From Ignavibacteriales bacterium (GTDB lineage Bacteria; Bacteroidota; Ignavibacteria; UBA10030): 53,478 bases of DNA. Positions within the stretch are counted from its first letter, which is position 1; every line of letters begins with the position of its first letter. Below, one piece after another: positions 1-9,741 of this stretch. The position numbers and the translations under genes were made by a program. Location: contig JANOGR010000043.1 in the NCBI GenBank assembly GCA_031406095.1, positions 1 to 53,478 on the forward strand, read 5' to 3'. The notes under the pieces were generated by a model. The model ran no database searches. It was not told the DNA's origin and was given only the letters and a program-made list of their open reading frames with translations.

Positions 1-127
1 ATTGCCTCGGTGCCTGAATAAGCGAGGGTCGTCTGGAAACCGTATTCCTCGCTGAGCTGCAGCGCGAGGACTTTTGCAAAAGATTTCTCGTCGTCAACGA
101 GCAGGATTGAGAGAGGCTCCTTGTACA
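1..127 (-). CDS. response regulator receiver domain, N-terminal fragment (gene runs off the window edge)
   Basis: Minus-strand translation from ATG at 127 reads MYKEPLSILLVDDEKSFAKVLALQLSEEYGFQTTLAYSGTEA, a CheY-like receiver start with the LLVDDE acidic pocket. AAGGAG lies about 7 nt upstream. It is absent from the ORF track because it is truncated. Confidence 0.6.
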
Positions 128-356
128 TCAATAACTCCTTAGAACGTAGTGGTCAACGGGAGGCCGTTTCTTGATTTGAATCCTTAAGCTATGAAGCCTC
201 AACAAAAAATGCAACATGAATCTTAAACGCGTGCAAAAAATATTCTTTTCTCGCAGAATTGACGAACTCCCCGGACACAGGTGTGTTCCAAGTCATATCC
301 TCACGGATGCTCAAATTGAGACACCCTTTGTTCCTCAGGGCCCTTGCGAGCTTCTC

Positions 357-728
357 TCAGCTGGATATTACCCGGTAGGCGTTGTAGTGAATGTCGTCTT
401 CCCCCGACCCAATCATCCATATCGCTACTGCATGACAAAAAAACAAAGCTATCTTCAGCGGGGATTTTGGATCATACCCATCCTTCAGATCATAGTAAAA
501 TTTTTCTTCGGTATTAGTTTGATCTTGTTCTGTCTTCCACTTCTTGATTCTCGTGCACCGTAATACGACGGAAAACAAGTTAGATTCACATTCGTGAATC
601 AAATGAACTTGTTGAGAAATCCAGTGTGGTTTATCAAGATTGGGAATTCGCCGCACCTCATCCTCGAAAAACGCCTTAAAAAGACTGTCTTGAGTTGGTA
701 CGTTCCTTGCTAATCCTAGCCTGTTCAA
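357..728 (-). CDS. hypothetical protein (no recognisable family)
   Basis: 123-aa ORF with globular-looking composition and a TTG start. Only 27 nt separate it from the divergent hemX-like start, so the 5' extent or the gene itself is doubtful. Confidence 0.3.
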   Translation of the reverse strand: MNRLGLARNVPTQDSLFKAFFEDEVRRIPNLDKPHWISQQVHLIHECESNLFSVVLRCTRIKKWKTEQDQTNTEEKFYYDLKDGYDPKSPLKIALFFCHAVAIWMIGSGEDDIHYNAYRVISS

Positions 729-755
729 CTATATTTTAGTGCTGTTTTTTCAATA

Positions 756-1598
756 TTGAAATCTCGAAAGGGACCAGGGGTGATTATCGACGTTCTTACC
801 GTTTTTTTACCTTTGTTGTATGGTGCCACGGTCTGGCTTTACGCCAAAGCGTTTTTCGGCGACGCCGCAAATGCTAAAGGATTCAAGACACCTCTTCTTG
901 TATTAACGGTCGTCTCGCACGCTGCATATCTCATCTTGCGAACAACCGCGTTCAATCATCCCCCTATTACCACTATCTCTGAGATTATGTCTTTGATCGC
1001 ATTCTCTATGGGCGTAGCTTATTTGGTGATTGAGTTCTTGACGAGAGTGAAGAACACGGGCTACTTCATTCTGATTCCCGCGTTTTTCTTCCAACTTGGA
1101 TCCTCTGCTTTTATCCAGGACCTTACGAAAGTGAACCCAGTCCTTGAGAGCAATTTGCTGGGAATCCATGTGTCTGCTGCATTGGTGGGATACACTGCCA
1201 TTACCATCTCGGCTGTTTACGGATTTCTCTATCTGATGTTGTATCATAACATTAAGTCCAAACGCTTCGGCGTCATTTATTCAAAGCTCCCAAACCTTGA
1301 AACACTTGAACGCATGAGTTTTGTATCGACGGTTCTGGGGTTTTTCTTCATCAGTATAGCTATTGTTATTGGCTTCGTGTGGTTACCGAAGGCGTATGAA
1401 AGTTTCTCATACTTTGACGCAAAACTCGTGGGCACTCTTACCGTTTGGGTTCTGTACGGAATAGGGTTGGTCGCCCGAAGAATGTTGGGATGGCAGGGGC
1501 GAAAAATAATGATTTTGTCCCTCGCGGTGTTCGTCATTTCGTTTTTTTCGTTAACTGCCATTAACTTATTTTTCACCAGTTTCCACAATTTTTACTGA
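756..1598 (+). CDS. HemX-like / CcsA-family polytopic membrane protein preceding hemA
   Basis: 280-aa ORF with about 8 hydrophobic spans, ending 1 nt before hemA. Position and architecture match the cytochrome-c-assembly-like HemX of hemAXCDBL-type operons. TTG start. Confidence 0.65.
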   Translation: MKSRKGPGVIIDVLTVFLPLLYGATVWLYAKAFFGDAANAKGFKTPLLVLTVVSHAAYLILRTTAFNHPPITTISEIMSLIAFSMGVAYLVIEFLTRVKNTGYFILIPAFFFQLGSSAFIQDLTKVNPVLESNLLGIHVSAALVGYTAITISAVYGFLYLMLYHNIKSKRFGVIYSKLPNLETLERMSFVSTVLGFFFISIAIVIGFVWLPKAYESFSYFDAKLVGTLTVWVLYGIGLVARRMLGWQGRKIMILSLAVFVISFFSLTAINLFFTSFHNFY

Positions 1599-1599
1599 G

Positions 1600-2907
1600 A
1601 TGGCAGCCGGGGTTGAGTCCATGAACATCGTAACAATAGGCATTAACCACCGAACCGCACCGCTCGAAGTGCGAGAGAAACTGTGGTTCTCCGCTGAAGA
1701 AATACGGACCACCCTGCCATTGATGCGCGAACGTTGGTTCTCCGAGTGTTTTATGGTCTCTACGTGTAACCGTACCGAAATCTATGGAATACCGTCGATC
1801 TCAAACGATCTCCCTGCGGTAGAAAGCCTCGGCCAGTTCCTCATTGATGCAAAGTCGGCAGAAGGCCATGTAAGTCGAAATCACCTGTACTCGCTCCATT
1901 CTGCATCTGCAGTCAATCATTTGTTCAAAGTCGCGTCGGGCATTGATTCCATGGTCCTCGGGGACGTTCAGATCCTTAGCCAATTGAAAGAGGGGTTCAA
2001 CCTCGCACAGGAAAAAAAGACGATCGGCATTTTTCTCAATCGCCTGGTTCAGTCTGCTTACCGCGTCGGAAAACGAGTCCGCACGGAGTCACGCATCGGC
2101 GAGGGTGCTATCTCCATCAGTTATGCCGCTGTCGAACTCGCCAGCAAGATTTTTGAGAACCTTTCGAAGAAGTCTGCGCTCCTCGTGGGCGCCGGTGAAA
2201 CGGGTGAGCTGACTGCGCGACATCTTACAGGAAAAGGTATTGGAAAACTGCTGATCACGAACAGAACACGTTCCAAAGCTCAAGATTTAATTGCGTCCCT
2301 GGGAGGATCGGTGGCCGATTTCGATCAATTGACTAACACGATGACCGAGGTTGACATCGTCATTACCTCCGTGGAATCGCCGCAGCCCATCGTCACGGCT
2401 TCGCAGCTATCTGAGGTCATGAAGAGACGTTCGAACAAGCCGTTGTTTATCATCGACATCGGCGTTCCGCGCAACGTTGAACCTTCCGCCAATGCCATCG
2501 AGAATATTTTTCTTCACGACCTTGATGCGTTGCTGGGTATCGTCGACCAGAACCTCGAGAAGCGAAAATTAGAGATTCCAAAGGTCAACGCCATCATACT
2601 GGAAGAGCTGAAGGAATTCTATGCGTGGTACTCCTCCCTCGAAGTGAACCCGACGATTGCCGACCTTCATACACACTTTGAAGAGATTCGCCAGAGCGAA
2701 GTGGTAAAACACGTGAATCGGTTTTCTTCCGCCAACGACAAGGAATTGCTTGAGCTCGTTACGAAGCGAATTGTCCACAAACTGCTCCACGTCCCGACCA
2801 CGATGTTGAAGAATGGCCATGAAGAGCCCGACGAAGTCAAACGCAAGAGAATTCACATTCTCCGCTCTCTCTTTGGGTTGAACGAAGATGCAAACAAGCC
2901 TTCATGA
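1600..2907 (+). CDS. hemA: glutamyl-tRNA reductase
   Basis: 435 aa. Contains INHRTAPLEVREK, the catalytic Cys in STCNRTEIY, and the GAGETGE NADPH motif. An alternative start is ATG 1621 (MNIVTIG). Confidence 0.95.
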   Translation: MAAGVESMNIVTIGINHRTAPLEVREKLWFSAEEIRTTLPLMRERWFSECFMVSTCNRTEIYGIPSISNDLPAVESLGQFLIDAKSAEGHVSRNHLYSLHSASAVNHLFKVASGIDSMVLGDVQILSQLKEGFNLAQEKKTIGIFLNRLVQSAYRVGKRVRTESRIGEGAISISYAAVELASKIFENLSKKSALLVGAGETGELTARHLTGKGIGKLLITNRTRSKAQDLIASLGGSVADFDQLTNTMTEVDIVITSVESPQPIVTASQLSEVMKRRSNKPLFIIDIGVPRNVEPSANAIENIFLHDLDALLGIVDQNLEKRKLEIPKVNAIILEELKEFYAWYSSLEVNPTIADLHTHFEEIRQSEVVKHVNRFSSANDKELLELVTKRIVHKLLHVPTTMLKNGHEEPDEVKRKRIHILRSLFGLNEDANKPS

Positions 2908-3884
2908 AGAGAACAAAGCTTACCATCGGAACCCGCGGGAGCGAACTCGCTCAGTGGCAAACCGCATGGATCGCGCAGCAGCTTCAACATTCGTCCCCTG
3001 AAGTCAGCGTCGAAACAGTTGTTATCAAGACTACCGGCGACAAGATCCTTGATTCTCCGTTATCGAAGATCGGCGACAAGGGACTGTTTACGAAAGAAAT
3101 CGAGCGTGCTTTACTCGACGGAACCATCGACCTTGCAGTCCATAGCTTGAAAGACCTGCCAACGGTTGTCCCGCAGGGGTTGACGATAGCTGTCGTTACT
3201 GAACGTGAAGATGTCCGCGACGTTTTCATTTCTCATCCCGGAAAAAAATATCCCTCACTCAAAGAAGTTCCCCGGAATGGTGCAATTGCAACGGGGAGTT
3301 TGCGGCGGAAGTGTCAGCTTTTACATCACAGACCGGACCTTCACATTGTTGACCTCCGGGGCAGCCTGCGGACACGTCGTGAAAAGCTCGAGAAATCCGA
3401 CTGGGATGGAATGGTGCTGGCAAAGGCGGGCGTCACCCGGCTGGGTTGGACAGAAATGATTGCAGAGGTTTTTGAACCCGGTTACATGTTACCTGCTGTC
3501 GGCCAGGGAGCGCTGGCTGTGGAGATTCGTGAAGACGATCGTGAATTGCTCACGATGCTCATGCCGTTGAACCATCTTCCCACGCAACAAGCAACATCTG
3601 GTGAACGGGCACTTCTCAGAAGACTCGAAGGCGGTTGCCAGATTCCAATCGGAACGTACGGAAGAATCACGAACGGAGCATTTCTTCTTGATGCAATCGT
3701 GGGCAGTCTTGACGGTTCGACAATCGTCCGCGGCTCCATCAAAGGTTCGCCTTCGGAAAGCGAATCTCTTGGAAGGCAACTCGCCGAAGAACTCGTGAGC
3801 AAGGGCGCAGGGAAAATCCTGGACGAAATCAGAAAAACTGTTAAAGGGACGATACATGTCGGTTCATCCGGTAGCAATGTCTGA
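2904..3884 (+). CDS. hemC: hydroxymethylbilane synthase (porphobilinogen deaminase)
   Basis: 326 aa. Contains IGTRGSELAQWQ, LKDLPT and the cofactor Cys in EGGCQIPIG. ATGA start/stop overlap with hemA. Confidence 0.95.
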   Translation: MKRTKLTIGTRGSELAQWQTAWIAQQLQHSSPEVSVETVVIKTTGDKILDSPLSKIGDKGLFTKEIERALLDGTIDLAVHSLKDLPTVVPQGLTIAVVTEREDVRDVFISHPGKKYPSLKEVPRNGAIATGSLRRKCQLLHHRPDLHIVDLRGSLRTRREKLEKSDWDGMVLAKAGVTRLGWTEMIAEVFEPGYMLPAVGQGALAVEIREDDRELLTMLMPLNHLPTQQATSGERALLRRLEGGCQIPIGTYGRITNGAFLLDAIVGSLDGSTIVRGSIKGSPSESESLGRQLAEELVSKGAGKILDEIRKTVKGTIHVGSSGSNV

Positions 3885-4662
3885 AGTCAGGGCAATGGAA
3901 CCGTTGAAGGATACGACAATTCTTGTTACCCGTCCGCTTGAACAGGCGGCGCAGTTAAAAAACATGCTGGAGCAATTCGGTGCGAAGGTCGTTGTTTTCC
4001 CCACGATTCACATTGTTCCGACAACGTCGTGGGATGATTGCGATAACGCGATTGCCGGCATCGGCTCGTATGACGGCATTATTCTCACAAGTGTCAATGC
4101 TGTGACATATTTCTTGAATCGAGCACGGCTTGTCGACGAGAAGCGATTTTCTTCCTTCCCCGAGAAAGCCATGTACGTTGTAGGAGAAAAAACGAAACGA
4201 GCCGTGGAGAGCTTTGGGCTCAGGGGAGTCGTGTTCAAAGGAACACATGACGGACGGACGTTGGCGAATGCGCTCGCACAACAAGACGTGTATGGAAAGA
4301 GATTCCTCTTTCCAAAAGGAAATCTCGCAGCGACCGATATTCAATCTACCCTCCGAGAACACGGTGCGATGGTGGACGAAGTTATTGTTTACGAAACACG
4401 GCCCCCATCTGACGTGGATATCAGTACAACGAATGAAATGTTTTCTCGAAAAGAAATCAACCTTATCGTTTTTTTCAGCCCGTCAAGTATCAATAATTTT
4501 CTAAGACTTATTCCAAACGAATCACTTCGCGGAGTCCGTATTGCTGCAATCGGACGGACAACATCAGACGCGGCAAGAAAAGCCTCTCTCACTGTTGACA
4601 TTGTTGCGAGTGAACCAACCACGGAGGCGCTTGTTTCCTCTATTGTGAAATTCTATGAATAG
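3856..4662 (+). CDS. hemD: uroporphyrinogen-III synthase
   Basis: 268 aa. Has the ILVTRP N-terminal motif and sits between hemC and hemE. Alternative starts at 3877 (ATGTCTGA overlap with the hemC stop) or 3895. Confidence 0.85.
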   Translation: MSVHPVAMSEVRAMEPLKDTTILVTRPLEQAAQLKNMLEQFGAKVVVFPTIHIVPTTSWDDCDNAIAGIGSYDGIILTSVNAVTYFLNRARLVDEKRFSSFPEKAMYVVGEKTKRAVESFGLRGVVFKGTHDGRTLANALAQQDVYGKRFLFPKGNLAATDIQSTLREHGAMVDEVIVYETRPPSDVDISTTNEMFSRKEINLIVFFSPSSINNFLRLIPNESLRGVRIAAIGRTTSDAARKASLTVDIVASEPTTEALVSSIVKFYE

Positions 4663-5746
4663 CGTCACAGAAAAAAAGGCCGCCGTTTCGAGGCCGTCTT
4701 CTCCGGGAAACGATTTGTTCTTAAGGGCCTGCAAGCGCGAGGATGTGGAGCGAACTCCGGTGTGGTTCATGCGTCAGGCGGGGCGTTATTTGCCGGAATA
4801 TCGCCGCGTCCGGGAAAAAGTGGATTTCCTTACCCTGTGTAAAACTCCGGATCTCGCCGCTGAGGTGACCATTCAACCTGTGGATATTCTCGGCGTCGAT
4901 GCGGCAATCATCTTCTCGGATATTCTCGTCGTTCCCGAAGCCATGGGCATGGAACTCATCGTCGAAGAAGGCCAAGGCGGCCCGCGTTTTCCAACTCCAA
5001 TTCGATCTCGAGAGGAAATCGACAAACTCGCTGTTCCGGACCCCCATTCCAGGCTGAAGTTTGTGATGGAAGCAATCAGAACCGCTCGACAAGGTTTGAA
5101 GAACAAAGTGCCGCTCATCGGTTTCGCGGGCTCGCCCTGGACTCTCGCCGCCTACATGGTGGAAGGAAAAGGCTCGAAGGATTTTCGCTTCGCAAAAGAA
5201 TTGGCCTTTTCTTCGCCGAAAGATGCTCATGCCCTTCTGGACAAACTTGCCCGCGCCGTCGCGGCATACCTGAACGGCCAGATCGAAGCTGGCGCACAGG
5301 CTGTTCAGATCTTTGATACATGGGGCGGAATACTCGGACAACAAGAGTTCGAGGAATTTTCCCTTCGTTATATCAAGCAAGTTCTTTCCCTGTTGAAAAC
5401 AAACGGCGCTCCCGTTATTGTGTTTTGCAAAGACTGCGGACATTCGCTCGAAAAGATCGCGGACACTGGTGCAAATGTTGTGGGCCTCGACTGGAAAATC
5501 GACATTGGAAAAGCGAGGGAAATGATTGGGAGCTATGCTGCTCTTCAGGGGAACCTTGACCCTGTGATGCTCTTTGCGCCGCCGGAAAGGATTGAGAAAG
5601 GCGTGCAAACGATTCTGGAAAAATTTGGGAAGGGCAATGGACATATCTTCAATCTTGGGCATGGAATTCTGCCGGATACGCCGGTGGAGAACGTACAAGT
5701 GTTTGTCAATGCAGTAAAAAAATTCAGCGTCCAGTACCACAGATAA
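4655..5746 (+). CDS. hemE: uroporphyrinogen decarboxylase
   Basis: 363 aa. Contains the PVWFMRQAGRYLPEYR signature. 8-nt overlap with hemD. Confidence 0.95.
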   Translation: MNSVTEKKAAVSRPSSPGNDLFLRACKREDVERTPVWFMRQAGRYLPEYRRVREKVDFLTLCKTPDLAAEVTIQPVDILGVDAAIIFSDILVVPEAMGMELIVEEGQGGPRFPTPIRSREEIDKLAVPDPHSRLKFVMEAIRTARQGLKNKVPLIGFAGSPWTLAAYMVEGKGSKDFRFAKELAFSSPKDAHALLDKLARAVAAYLNGQIEAGAQAVQIFDTWGGILGQQEFEEFSLRYIKQVLSLLKTNGAPVIVFCKDCGHSLEKIADTGANVVGLDWKIDIGKAREMIGSYAALQGNLDPVMLFAPPERIEKGVQTILEKFGKGNGHIFNLGHGILPDTPVENVQVFVNAVKKFSVQYHR

Positions 5747-5748
5747 AC

Positions 5749-6657
5749 ATGGAAGCGTTGGCGTCAGAAAAAGTCTCACTCAAGTCGCGTGCTGCCACTT
5801 TTTTCAAGGAGCTTCAGGAAACAATTTGTTCGACCGTTGAGAAGGTGGACGGCCAAAGGATATTTTCGACCGACCGGTGGTCTCATCCTCACGGCGGCGG
5901 AGGTGATACGAGAATCATCGAACAGGGCGGCGTGTTTGAAAAAGGCGGCGTGAACTTTTCCGACGTCCGGGGAGGGCTCAGCGAGAAGCTCGCACAACGG
6001 CTCAAGGTTACGCCGCAGGCGTTCCAGGCAACGGGAATCTCGGTCGTACTCCATCCCTGCAATCCGATGATTCCAACGGTTCACTTTAACCTCCGGTATC
6101 TCCAACTCGAGAACGACGACCGTTGGTTTGGCGGAGGCGCGGATCTTACGCCGTATTACCTGAATGAACAGGACATCGTCCATTTTCACACGACGCTCAA
6201 GCGGGTCTGCGACAAGCACAAACCGTCGTATTATCCGAACTTCAAGAAATGGTGCGACGAGTATTTCTTTATTAAACATCGACAGGAGGAGCGTGGTGTG
6301 GGCGGGATTTTCTTCGATGACCTCCGCGACCAGCCCGAACAAACGTTTGTCTTTATTCAGGATGTCGGCAACGCGTTCCTCGAAGCTTACATTCCCATCG
6401 TGGCCAACCGAGTGAAGGATCGTTGGGGCGAGGTGGAGCGGCAATGGCAGCTCCACCGTCGCGGACGATACGTGGAGTTTAATCTCGTGTATGACCGCGG
6501 AACTCTTTTCGGCCTTGAGACCGAGGGAAGAATTGAATCGATTTTGATGTCGCTGCCGCCCGCGGTTCAGTGGAGATACAACGTTCAACCCAAACCCAAC
6601 TCACGGGAGGCCAAACTTCTCGAAGTGTTGACAAAACCAAAAGACTGGGTAACGTAG
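5749..6657 (+). CDS. hemF: oxygen-dependent coproporphyrinogen III oxidase
   Basis: 302 aa. Contains RWSHPHGGGGDTRI, GGGADLTPYY and RRGRYVEFNLVYDRGTLFGL. Confidence 0.95.
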   Translation: MEALASEKVSLKSRAATFFKELQETICSTVEKVDGQRIFSTDRWSHPHGGGGDTRIIEQGGVFEKGGVNFSDVRGGLSEKLAQRLKVTPQAFQATGISVVLHPCNPMIPTVHFNLRYLQLENDDRWFGGGADLTPYYLNEQDIVHFHTTLKRVCDKHKPSYYPNFKKWCDEYFFIKHRQEERGVGGIFFDDLRDQPEQTFVFIQDVGNAFLEAYIPIVANRVKDRWGEVERQWQLHRRGRYVEFNLVYDRGTLFGLETEGRIESILMSLPPAVQWRYNVQPKPNSREAKLLEVLTKPKDWVT

Positions 6658-6662
6658 CAGGT

Positions 6663-7646
6663 ATGAACAGGAAAAAAATCGCGGTTGTTCTTTTTCAGCT
6701 AGGAGGCCCGGACTCACTCGATGCGGTTCAGCCTTTCTTGTACAATCTGTTTTGCGACCCCGACATCATCGACTTACCAGGGGCTTTTTTGTTCCGCAAA
6801 CCGCTTGCTCACATCATTTCTTCACGACGCGCTCCCAAAGTCCAGGATCTCTACAAAAGGATCGGCTCAAAGTCTCCCATCCTGAAGCAGACGCAACTTC
6901 AGGCAGAAAGCTTGAAAAGCGCCCTCGATAAACTTGGAATCGACGCGGACATACATATCGCCATGCGATACTGGCATCCGATGACGGATGAAGTCGTGAA
7001 AAAACTTTTGGAGAGCCAAACCGAGGAAGTTGTGCTGCTCCCCTTATATCCTCATTACTCCAAAGCGACGACCGGCTCAAGCATGAACGAATGGAAACGC
7101 GTAACACGTCGTCTTCGCTATAACAGCGTCAGCACAAAGCTTGTTGACAACTACTACGACCATCCGCTCTACATCGAAGCGATGGTTGAGCATGTCAATC
7201 TTGCCCTCGCTCGCTTGCCGAAAGAAGACCAGAAAAAAGTGCATTTCGTTTTCAGCGCTCATGGAATCCCGATGTCCTTCATAAAAGCCGGCGACCCCTA
7301 TCCAAACCACATCAAGCGCACGTACGAGCTGATTGTCGAAAAAGGCGCCTGGGGACTTCCGCACCATCTTTGTTTTCAGAGCAAAGTTGGCCCGCAAAAA
7401 TGGCTCGAACCCTCGCTGACGAAAACAATCGAGGAATTGGTAGCGAGGAAAGTTTCTCATCTTGTTGTGATTCCAATTTCCTTTGTCACAGACCACATCG
7501 AGACGCTTTCTGAGATCAACATTGAAGCACAGGAAAAAGCAAAAGAGCTTGGGATAACAAGTTTCGAAATGACTCCGGCGCTCATCCGGAACAAGAAATT
7601 CATCGATTGCCTGGCTGATCTCGTGATGAAGCAACTCAGAAATTGA
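6663..7646 (+). CDS. hemH: ferrochelatase
   Basis: The track ORF starts at 6570 inside hemF. The internal ATG at 6663 gives MNRKKIAVVLFQLGGPDS, a typical ferrochelatase N-terminus. The SAHGIP motif is present. Confidence 0.92.
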   Translation: MNRKKIAVVLFQLGGPDSLDAVQPFLYNLFCDPDIIDLPGAFLFRKPLAHIISSRRAPKVQDLYKRIGSKSPILKQTQLQAESLKSALDKLGIDADIHIAMRYWHPMTDEVVKKLLESQTEEVVLLPLYPHYSKATTGSSMNEWKRVTRRLRYNSVSTKLVDNYYDHPLYIEAMVEHVNLALARLPKEDQKKVHFVFSAHGIPMSFIKAGDPYPNHIKRTYELIVEKGAWGLPHHLCFQSKVGPQKWLEPSLTKTIEELVARKVSHLVVIPISFVTDHIETLSEINIEAQEKAKELGITSFEMTPALIRNKKFIDCLADLVMKQLRN

Positions 7647-7647
7647 T

Positions 7648-9054
7648 ATGCCGCAAGTCGTTGTCATAGGCGCCGGGATTTCGGGATTAGCCACAGCATG
7701 GTGGCTGCATAAGTCTGGCTGTGATGTGCTCGTTCTCGAAAAAGATGCGCACGTTGGCGGAACCATGCGAACGATTCATGAGAACGGCTGGCTTGTTGAA
7801 ACCGGCCCCAACAGCGCCCTTGAGACAACTCCGCTGTTTCAAACTCTTTTTGAAGACCTTGGAATCACGGACGAACTCATTTATGCGAACGAAGTTTCCA
7901 ACAAACGTTACATTCTAAGGGACGGAATCCTGCATCCGCTTCCGATGTCTCCGGGGCCATTCTTGCGGTCAAAGCTCTGGACGCTGTCTGGAAAACTTCG
8001 ATTATTGAAAGAGCCATTTGTGGGCCGTGCGGACAGAGAAGAAACTGTTGCTGAATTCGTTGTTCGACGACTTGGCAGAGAATTCCTGGATTATGCCATC
8101 AACCCCTTTGTTGCCGGCGTGTTTGCAGGAGATCCTGAACAGTTGAGTGTGCAAGCGGCATTCCCGAAATTGTATGCCCTCGAGAAGAACTACGGTGGCC
8201 TCATCAAGGGACAGATACTTGGAGCGAGGGGGCGAAAGAATCGCGCTGAAAAAGCAAAAGACCGCGCCCGGATGTTCTCATTCAAAAATGGAATGCAAAC
8301 ATTGCCCGACAGCATATCAAAGGCGCTCGGTGCAAGTATTAGAACGAATGTGTCGGTAGTGAGAATCGATGGCTCGAAGTCATCGAACGGCACAAGAAAT
8401 TCCTATGAAATTCACGGAACAGAAAATGGCCGTGTTTTTAGCATAACTTGTAATTCTGTCATCCTGGCTATTCCATCGTTCTACGCTGCCGGCTTGATTG
8501 AGCCGTTCGATGTTTCAGTCGCACAATGTCTGAAAAAAATCTGTTATCCTCCCGTGGCAGAGGTTTTCCTTGGATTTAGGAGACAGGATGTTGGGAGGCC
8601 TCTGGATGGGTTTGGATTCCTTGTTCCGGCGAAAGAGAACCGCAAGATCCTTGGCTCAATCTGGTCGTCAACGATTTTCCCCGGGCGGTCTCCCGCCGGA
8701 ATAGTTGCTCTCACGACATTCGTGGGCGGTTCGCGGCAACCAGAGCTTGTGCAAAAAAGTAATGCGGAATTAATAGATATAGTTACTCGGGAATTGTATG
8801 AGCTTATGCACGTGAGCGGACTGCCGATCTACAGCAGAGTGACGCGTTGGGATAAGGCGATTCCCCAATACCATCTGGGCCATCTATCGATCATCGAGCA
8901 GATTGGGAAGTTTGAGCAGCAGCATCAAGGGATTTTTCTGACAGGAAACTACCGTGGCGGCATTTCTGTTGGCGATTGTGTAATGAATTCAAAGTCAATG
9001 GCTGAGCGAGTCGAAAAGTTAGTCAGCCATGGTGTAAAAAGTGTGGCAATCTAA
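7648..9054 (+). CDS. hemY: FAD-dependent protoporphyrinogen oxidase (HemY type)
   Basis: 468 aa. Has the VVVIGAGISGLATAW dinucleotide-binding start and a C-terminal GNYRGGISVGDCV motif. It follows hemH by 1 nt. Confidence 0.9.
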   Translation: MPQVVVIGAGISGLATAWWLHKSGCDVLVLEKDAHVGGTMRTIHENGWLVETGPNSALETTPLFQTLFEDLGITDELIYANEVSNKRYILRDGILHPLPMSPGPFLRSKLWTLSGKLRLLKEPFVGRADREETVAEFVVRRLGREFLDYAINPFVAGVFAGDPEQLSVQAAFPKLYALEKNYGGLIKGQILGARGRKNRAEKAKDRARMFSFKNGMQTLPDSISKALGASIRTNVSVVRIDGSKSSNGTRNSYEIHGTENGRVFSITCNSVILAIPSFYAAGLIEPFDVSVAQCLKKICYPPVAEVFLGFRRQDVGRPLDGFGFLVPAKENRKILGSIWSSTIFPGRSPAGIVALTTFVGGSRQPELVQKSNAELIDIVTRELYELMHVSGLPIYSRVTRWDKAIPQYHLGHLSIIEQIGKFEQQHQGIFLTGNYRGGISVGDCVMNSKSMAERVEKLVSHGVKSVAI

Positions 9055-9113
9055 ACAGAGCTTAGACGGCTCAAGCATTCGTTTGGATATGGCGAAAAGA
9101 ACTGGTAAAAAGC

Positions 9114-9548
9114 ATGCAGGATAATCAACGCTACGCGTGGGCGCTTCTTTTCGCGCGGTTCGCGCTTGGCCTCATCTTTTGTATGGCAGGTCTGCACAAA
9201 GTGTTCGTTCAGGGTCCAGCTGGACATGTCCGGCAGTGGTTTCTACCTTACCAGGACACGTTTCTTCCTGTTTGGTCTCTCTGGGTGGTGGGGTACAGCA
9301 TACCGTTCGTTGAGCTTGTCGCTGGCGCACTCGTCATCATCGGTTGGCACACTCGTGCAGCCCTGGTGGCACTCGGAGTCGTGCTTGTCACCGTCACTTT
9401 CGGTCACTTGTTGAAGGAGCCGCTCTACGCCTTCCACGAGCACGTCTTTCCACGTCTGGTGCTGCTGCTATTCGTTCTGATTGTGCCCCGCGAGGCTGAT
9501 CGTTTTTCTCTTGATTACGTGTTGGGGAACAGGGGAAAGGCTGACTAA
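9114..9548 (+). CDS. DoxX family membrane protein
   Basis: 144 aa with 4 hydrophobic spans. The LLFARFALGLIFCMAGLHK start is typical of DoxX. Confidence 0.7.
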   Translation: MQDNQRYAWALLFARFALGLIFCMAGLHKVFVQGPAGHVRQWFLPYQDTFLPVWSLWVVGYSIPFVELVAGALVIIGWHTRAALVALGVVLVTVTFGHLLKEPLYAFHEHVFPRLVLLLFVLIVPREADRFSLDYVLGNRGKAD

Positions 9549-9741
9549 CCGGTCGTTCTCAAATCTTTACGTTTCTGGTTGTAGATCACAGCTACACTTG
9601 ATCAACGATATGAAGTTGTGGAAACAAAGAGATACGATTATTCTTCCTCAGCCTTTCTTCATTCCCGGAAAACCAGTACTTTAACGGATGAAATTTATCT
9701 GAGCGGAAAATGGTAATGTTCATTTTCATAAAGGAGTCAGT

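Noticed and set aside
216-563. 115-aa plus-strand ORF upstream of the heme operon
   Set aside because: The translation looks random (Pro/Cys/Phe-rich, no motifs) and it overlaps the somewhat more protein-like minus-strand ORF. Neither is well supported.
4721-5779. 352-aa minus-strand ORF antisense to hemE. Similar long antisense ORFs occur at 5776-6588, 7077-7766, 39862-40557, 41892-42674 and 43768-44487.
   Set aside because: Each lies fully opposite a gene with strong family signatures. The translations are Arg/Ser/His-rich and low-complexity with no motifs. This is typical shadow-ORF behaviour in moderately GC-rich coding DNA.
6570-6662. N-terminal 31-codon extension of hemH overlapping hemF by 88 nt
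   Set aside because: The extension is non-conserved-looking (MEIQRSTQTQ...). ATG 6663 gives the canonical ferrochelatase N-terminus, 5 nt after the hemF stop.
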